Source: Hydrogenophaga sp.
Lineage (GTDB): Bacteria > Pseudomonadota > Gammaproteobacteria > Burkholderiales > Burkholderiaceae_C
Length of the DNA: 64,000 nt
Assembly (NCBI RefSeq): GCF_050182545.1
Contig: NZ_JBFXCD010000002.1
Location: 52,850-116,849, forward strand
Direction of reading: 5' to 3'
In this document: positions 61,084 to 64,000 of the stretch, piece after piece
Layout of the letters: the number at the start of each line of letters is the position of its first letter
Position numbering within the stretch: position 1 is the stretch's first letter
Translations under genes and position numbers: made by a program
Notes under the pieces: model-generated
What the model saw: the letters and a program-made list of their open reading frames with translations, nothing else
The model's database searches: none
What the model was told of the DNA's origin: nothing

Positions 61084-61863
61084 ATGAACCTGATTCAACA
61101 CCCCGAACTGCTGGACAAACTTGCCGCCGCCCACGCCCTGGGCACGCTGCGCGGCGGCGCGCGCCGCCGCTTCGAAGCCCTGGCGCGCGAGCAGGCGCCA
61201 GTGCGCGCGGCCGCGCTGGTGTGGCAAAGCCGCGTGGCCAGCATGAACGAACTGCAGACCGCGAGCGAGCCTGCCCCCGCCGTCTGGACGCGCATTGAGA
61301 ACCTGGTGCGCGCCGACAGCGAGCAGCAGGCCATGGCCGCCGCGCGCGTGACGCCGACCGCACCGCGGGCCGGAGGCTGGTGGCGCAGCCTGCCACTGTG
61401 GCGCGGCACAACGGCCGCGGGCGCACTGGCCACCCTGCTGGCCGTGGTCACCGCCGTCGGCCTGCGCGACGACCTCGGCACCCGCATTGGCGAACTGCAG
61501 GCGCAGCTGGAGGCCACGCCCCAGGTGGAGTACGTGGCCGTGCTCAACGACGAGCAGGCCAGCGCTTCCATGCTGGTGACCTTCGACCCGAAGAACCGCA
61601 AGCTGACGCTTCAGCGCGTGGGGGGTTTCCAGGAAGCGGGCGACAAGTCGCTGCAGCTCTGGGCGTTGCCACCCTCGGGTGGTCCGCGCTCGCTGGGTGT
61701 GCTCGGTCAGGACCGTGTGCTGCAGCTCGCGGCGGGCGAGGCCGACGTGCGCGAGGTGCCGGCGCTGGCGATCAGCCTGGAACCCAAGGGCGGCGTGCCC
61801 AGCGAACGCGGCCCGACCGGGCCGGTGCTGTTCAAGGGCGCTCTGATCCAGAAAATGCTGTGA
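61084..61863 (+). CDS. RskA-like transmembrane anti-sigma factor
   Basis: ORF 61084..61863 has LAAAHALGTL at the N-terminus, one TM segment (AAGALATLLAVVTAVGL) and a C-terminal LQLWAL...ISLEPKGG motif. Confidence 0.8.
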   Translation: MNLIQHPELLDKLAAAHALGTLRGGARRRFEALAREQAPVRAAALVWQSRVASMNELQTASEPAPAVWTRIENLVRADSEQQAMAAARVTPTAPRAGGWWRSLPLWRGTTAAGALATLLAVVTAVGLRDDLGTRIGELQAQLEATPQVEYVAVLNDEQASASMLVTFDPKNRKLTLQRVGGFQEAGDKSLQLWALPPSGGPRSLGVLGQDRVLQLAAGEADVREVPALAISLEPKGGVPSERGPTGPVLFKGALIQKML

Positions 61864-61884
61864 ACCCGGCGCCCGCGCGGGCGT

Positions 61885-62730
61885 TCACTGCCGCGCGGTG
61901 CGCACGTTGCCTGGCGGCGATTGTGGATGGCTGCTGCGCCAGGGGTTGATGTCCAGCCCGCCCCGGCGCGTGTAGCGCGCGTACACCGCGAGCTTGGCGG
62001 GCTTGCAGCGCTGCCAGATGTCCATGTAGATGCGCTCGACGCACTGTTCGTGGAATTCGTTGTGGTTGCGGAAACTCACGATGTATTGCAGCAGGCCTGC
62101 CTGGTGGATCTGCGGGCCGCTGTAGGCGATCTGCACGCTGCCCCAGTCGGGCTGGCCTGTGACGAGGCAGTTGCTCTTGAGCAGGTGGCTCACCAGGGTC
62201 TCCTCGACCGGCTTTTCATCGAAGGCCGCCGTGAGCAACTCGGGTGCGGGCTGGTAGCGCGTGCATTCGACATCAAGCCGATCCAGCAGCAGGCCGCTGA
62301 GTTCGTGCACCGGCTCGCGGTCGAATTGATCGGGCAGCAGCAACCTCACGCCCGCGCTGGCGCGCACCGGGCCACCCTGCCAGATGGCCGCGCTCACGTC
62401 GTCGCGGATGCGCTCGCGCACCGCGTCGGCGCTGGCAAACGGCGTGTTGTTGAAGCTGTTGAGGTAGAGCTTGAACGATTTGCTCTCGACGATGTGCGTG
62501 CTCTCGGCGGGCACCGTGATGTGCGCCAGCGCCACCTGTGGCTTGCCGCGCGGGTTGAGCCAACTAAGCTCGAAGGCGGTCCACAGGTCCGCGCCCAGGA
62601 AGGGCACGCTGCCGGTGATGCCGATCTCGCGCCGCTTGGTTTCGCGCGGGAGGGGAAACAGCAGCGAGGCGTCGTACTGGTCGATGTAGGCCGAGGTCTT
62701 GCCCAGCTGGGACAATTCGGGCGTGTTCAC
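61885..62730 (-). CDS. queF: NADPH-dependent 7-cyano-7-deazaguanine reductase (two-domain type)
   Basis: ORF 61885..63252. The real start is the GTG at 62730 (a GGGAG SD lies upstream; GTGA overlap with the upstream stop). It contains [11 protein letters not shown] and HNEFHEQC. Confidence 0.9.
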   Translation of the reverse strand: MNTPELSQLGKTSAYIDQYDASLLFPLPRETKRREIGITGSVPFLGADLWTAFELSWLNPRGKPQVALAHITVPAESTHIVESKSFKLYLNSFNNTPFASADAVRERIRDDVSAAIWQGGPVRASAGVRLLLPDQFDREPVHELSGLLLDRLDVECTRYQPAPELLTAAFDEKPVEETLVSHLLKSNCLVTGQPDWGSVQIAYSGPQIHQAGLLQYIVSFRNHNEFHEQCVERIYMDIWQRCKPAKLAVYARYTRRGGLDINPWRSSHPQSPPGNVRTARQ

Positions 62731-63623
62731 ACGAACTCCCGTTCTCTGAGCCACTTGGTGGCGACCCACTTCTCGCCCTCGATCACCGGTGCTCCGCCGT
62801 GCAGCGTGCGGGTCGAAGGGTGGGCGCGGTCGTAGCTGAAGAACACGGCGTTGCCGCGCACGGGGGCCACCTCCAGGCCCACGTCGGGGAAGGTGGTGCC
62901 ACCGCCGCGCGCGGGTTCGTTGAGATACATCACCAGCGTGGCCACGCGCTGGCCACCCCGCTTGAGGATGGTCGGCGTGCCGGGCTCGGCGGGATCGAAG
63001 TAGTCGTAATGCGGCTTGTACTCGGCGCCCGGTTTGTAGTTCAGCACCTGAAAGCCTTCGCCGTTTTCCAGCGGCCAGTTCAGCAAGCGCGCGATGCGTG
63101 CCTCGACGCGGGCCACCTCGGGCGTCTGCCCGCGCGTGAAGAACATGCCGCTGCTGGTGCGGTCGGGGTTGAGTTCCTCGCCACCGGTCTTGGTCTCCAC
63201 CGTGAGCGAGCGCGCCAGATGCGGGCGCGCGGACGCGATCAATGCCTCGCACTCCTCGGCACTCAGCAGGTTGCCCAGCACCACCACGCGCGGATGGTTC
63301 ATTGTGGCGATCACGTCCACCATCCGGTCACCCGCGTCGATCTGGCGTGGCGCGCGGCTCAGGTCCAGGTCGGGCACCGGCACCGCCGCTTCAGCAAGCG
63401 TCTCGGCCACCGCAGGGCTCAGCGCTGTGGGCGCCGCCTGCACCGGTTGGGCGGCGGCCTGATGGCGCAGGTGCTCGCGCAGCGTGCTCTCCAGCGCGGC
63501 CACGGCCACGGGCTCCTGCCAGCCGGACGCCAGCATGGACGCCAGCACGACCTCTGGTGTGAAGCCGGCGGACGCCTGCTCAATGATCCAGCGGCGCAAT
63601 TCGGGGGTGACGTTCTGGCTCAT
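62727..63623 (-). CDS. 2OG-Fe(II) oxygenase (prolyl 4-hydroxylase-like)
   Basis: ORF 62727..63623 contains a HYD...H facial triad ([15 protein letters not shown]) and KWVATKW. Confidence 0.8.
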   Translation of the reverse strand: MSQNVTPELRRWIIEQASAGFTPEVVLASMLASGWQEPVAVAALESTLREHLRHQAAAQPVQAAPTALSPAVAETLAEAAVPVPDLDLSRAPRQIDAGDRMVDVIATMNHPRVVVLGNLLSAEECEALIASARPHLARSLTVETKTGGEELNPDRTSSGMFFTRGQTPEVARVEARIARLLNWPLENGEGFQVLNYKPGAEYKPHYDYFDPAEPGTPTILKRGGQRVATLVMYLNEPARGGGTTFPDVGLEVAPVRGNAVFFSYDRAHPSTRTLHGGAPVIEGEKWVATKWLREREFV

Positions 63624-64000
63624 GGTGTGTTTGAGGCCTGTTCGCGGCGGAACACCAGCCGGTCGGGCGACGACGCGGCGGGGACGAATCGGTAGCCCTC
63701 GAGGTCGAAGCCCTTGAGCTGTTCGGGGGTGGTGGCGCGGTGCGTGACAGCGTAGCGCACCATGAGGCCGCGCGCACGCTTGGCCATGAAGCTGATGACC
63801 TTGTAGCCATCGGCCTTGCGCTCCTCGAAGGCGCAGGTGACCACGCGCGGCAGCAGCGCCTTGCGGTCCACGGCCTTGAAGTACTCCTCGCTCGCGAGGT
63901 TGATCACCACCGGGCTCAGGTCGGCTTTTGCGCGCTTGTTGAGGTACTCGGCAATCTGGCTGCCCCAGAATTCGTAAAGGTTTTTACCGGCCGCGGTTTT
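63620..64000 (-). CDS. yaaA: YaaA-family (peroxide stress, UPF0246) protein, C-terminal part; N-terminus lies beyond the window end
   Basis: ORF 63620..63910 plus upstream in-frame sequence gives NLASEEYFKAV...YKVISFMAKRARGLMVRY. Confidence 0.85.
   Translation of the reverse strand, partial: KTAAGKNLYEFWGSQIAEYLNKRAKADLSPVVINLASEEYFKAVDRKALLPRVVTCAFEERKADGYKVISFMAKRARGLMVRYAVTHRATTPEQLKGFDLEGYRFVPAASSPDRLVFRREQASNTP

Overview
This is a GC-rich chromosomal core segment. Typical coding lines hand-count near 70% GC. Gene content and synteny look betaproteobacterial (Burkholderiales/Comamonadaceae-like): ftsK-lolA-rarA, ribF-ileS-lspA, a single lolC/E-type gene plus lolD near recJ, and an algZ/algR-like pair next to argH. 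All family names are my own recognition of the translated ORFs; no search was run. I support about 60 tightly packed protein genes, including rpmG (56 aa), which the ORF track misses. I saw no rRNA, tRNA, CRISPR array, transposase, integrase or phage genes. Most long ORFs in the track are antisense or out-of-frame artefacts of the high GC content. I found no clear-cut novel multigene (defence-like) system. Five candidates are most worth a second look. (1) Four nested-palindrome elements, each with 25-29-bp covarying arms and a conserved 54-nt core, sit in two convergent-gene gaps at 40.0-40.3 kb and 47.1-47.3 kb. (2) Three exported proteins (DUF3034-like, truncated globin, cupredoxin-like) are followed by an ECF sigma/anti-sigma pair at 58.2-61.9 kb. 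(3) An orphan GspE-type ATPase sits in an apparent operon with a spermidine-synthase-fold gene and tctBA at 34.3-39.1 kb. (4) A low-GC islet of about 1.2 kb encodes one small membrane protein at 21.6-22.9 kb. (5) A 2OG-oxygenase is translationally coupled between yaaA and queF. All coordinates were hand-derived from the printed sequence.
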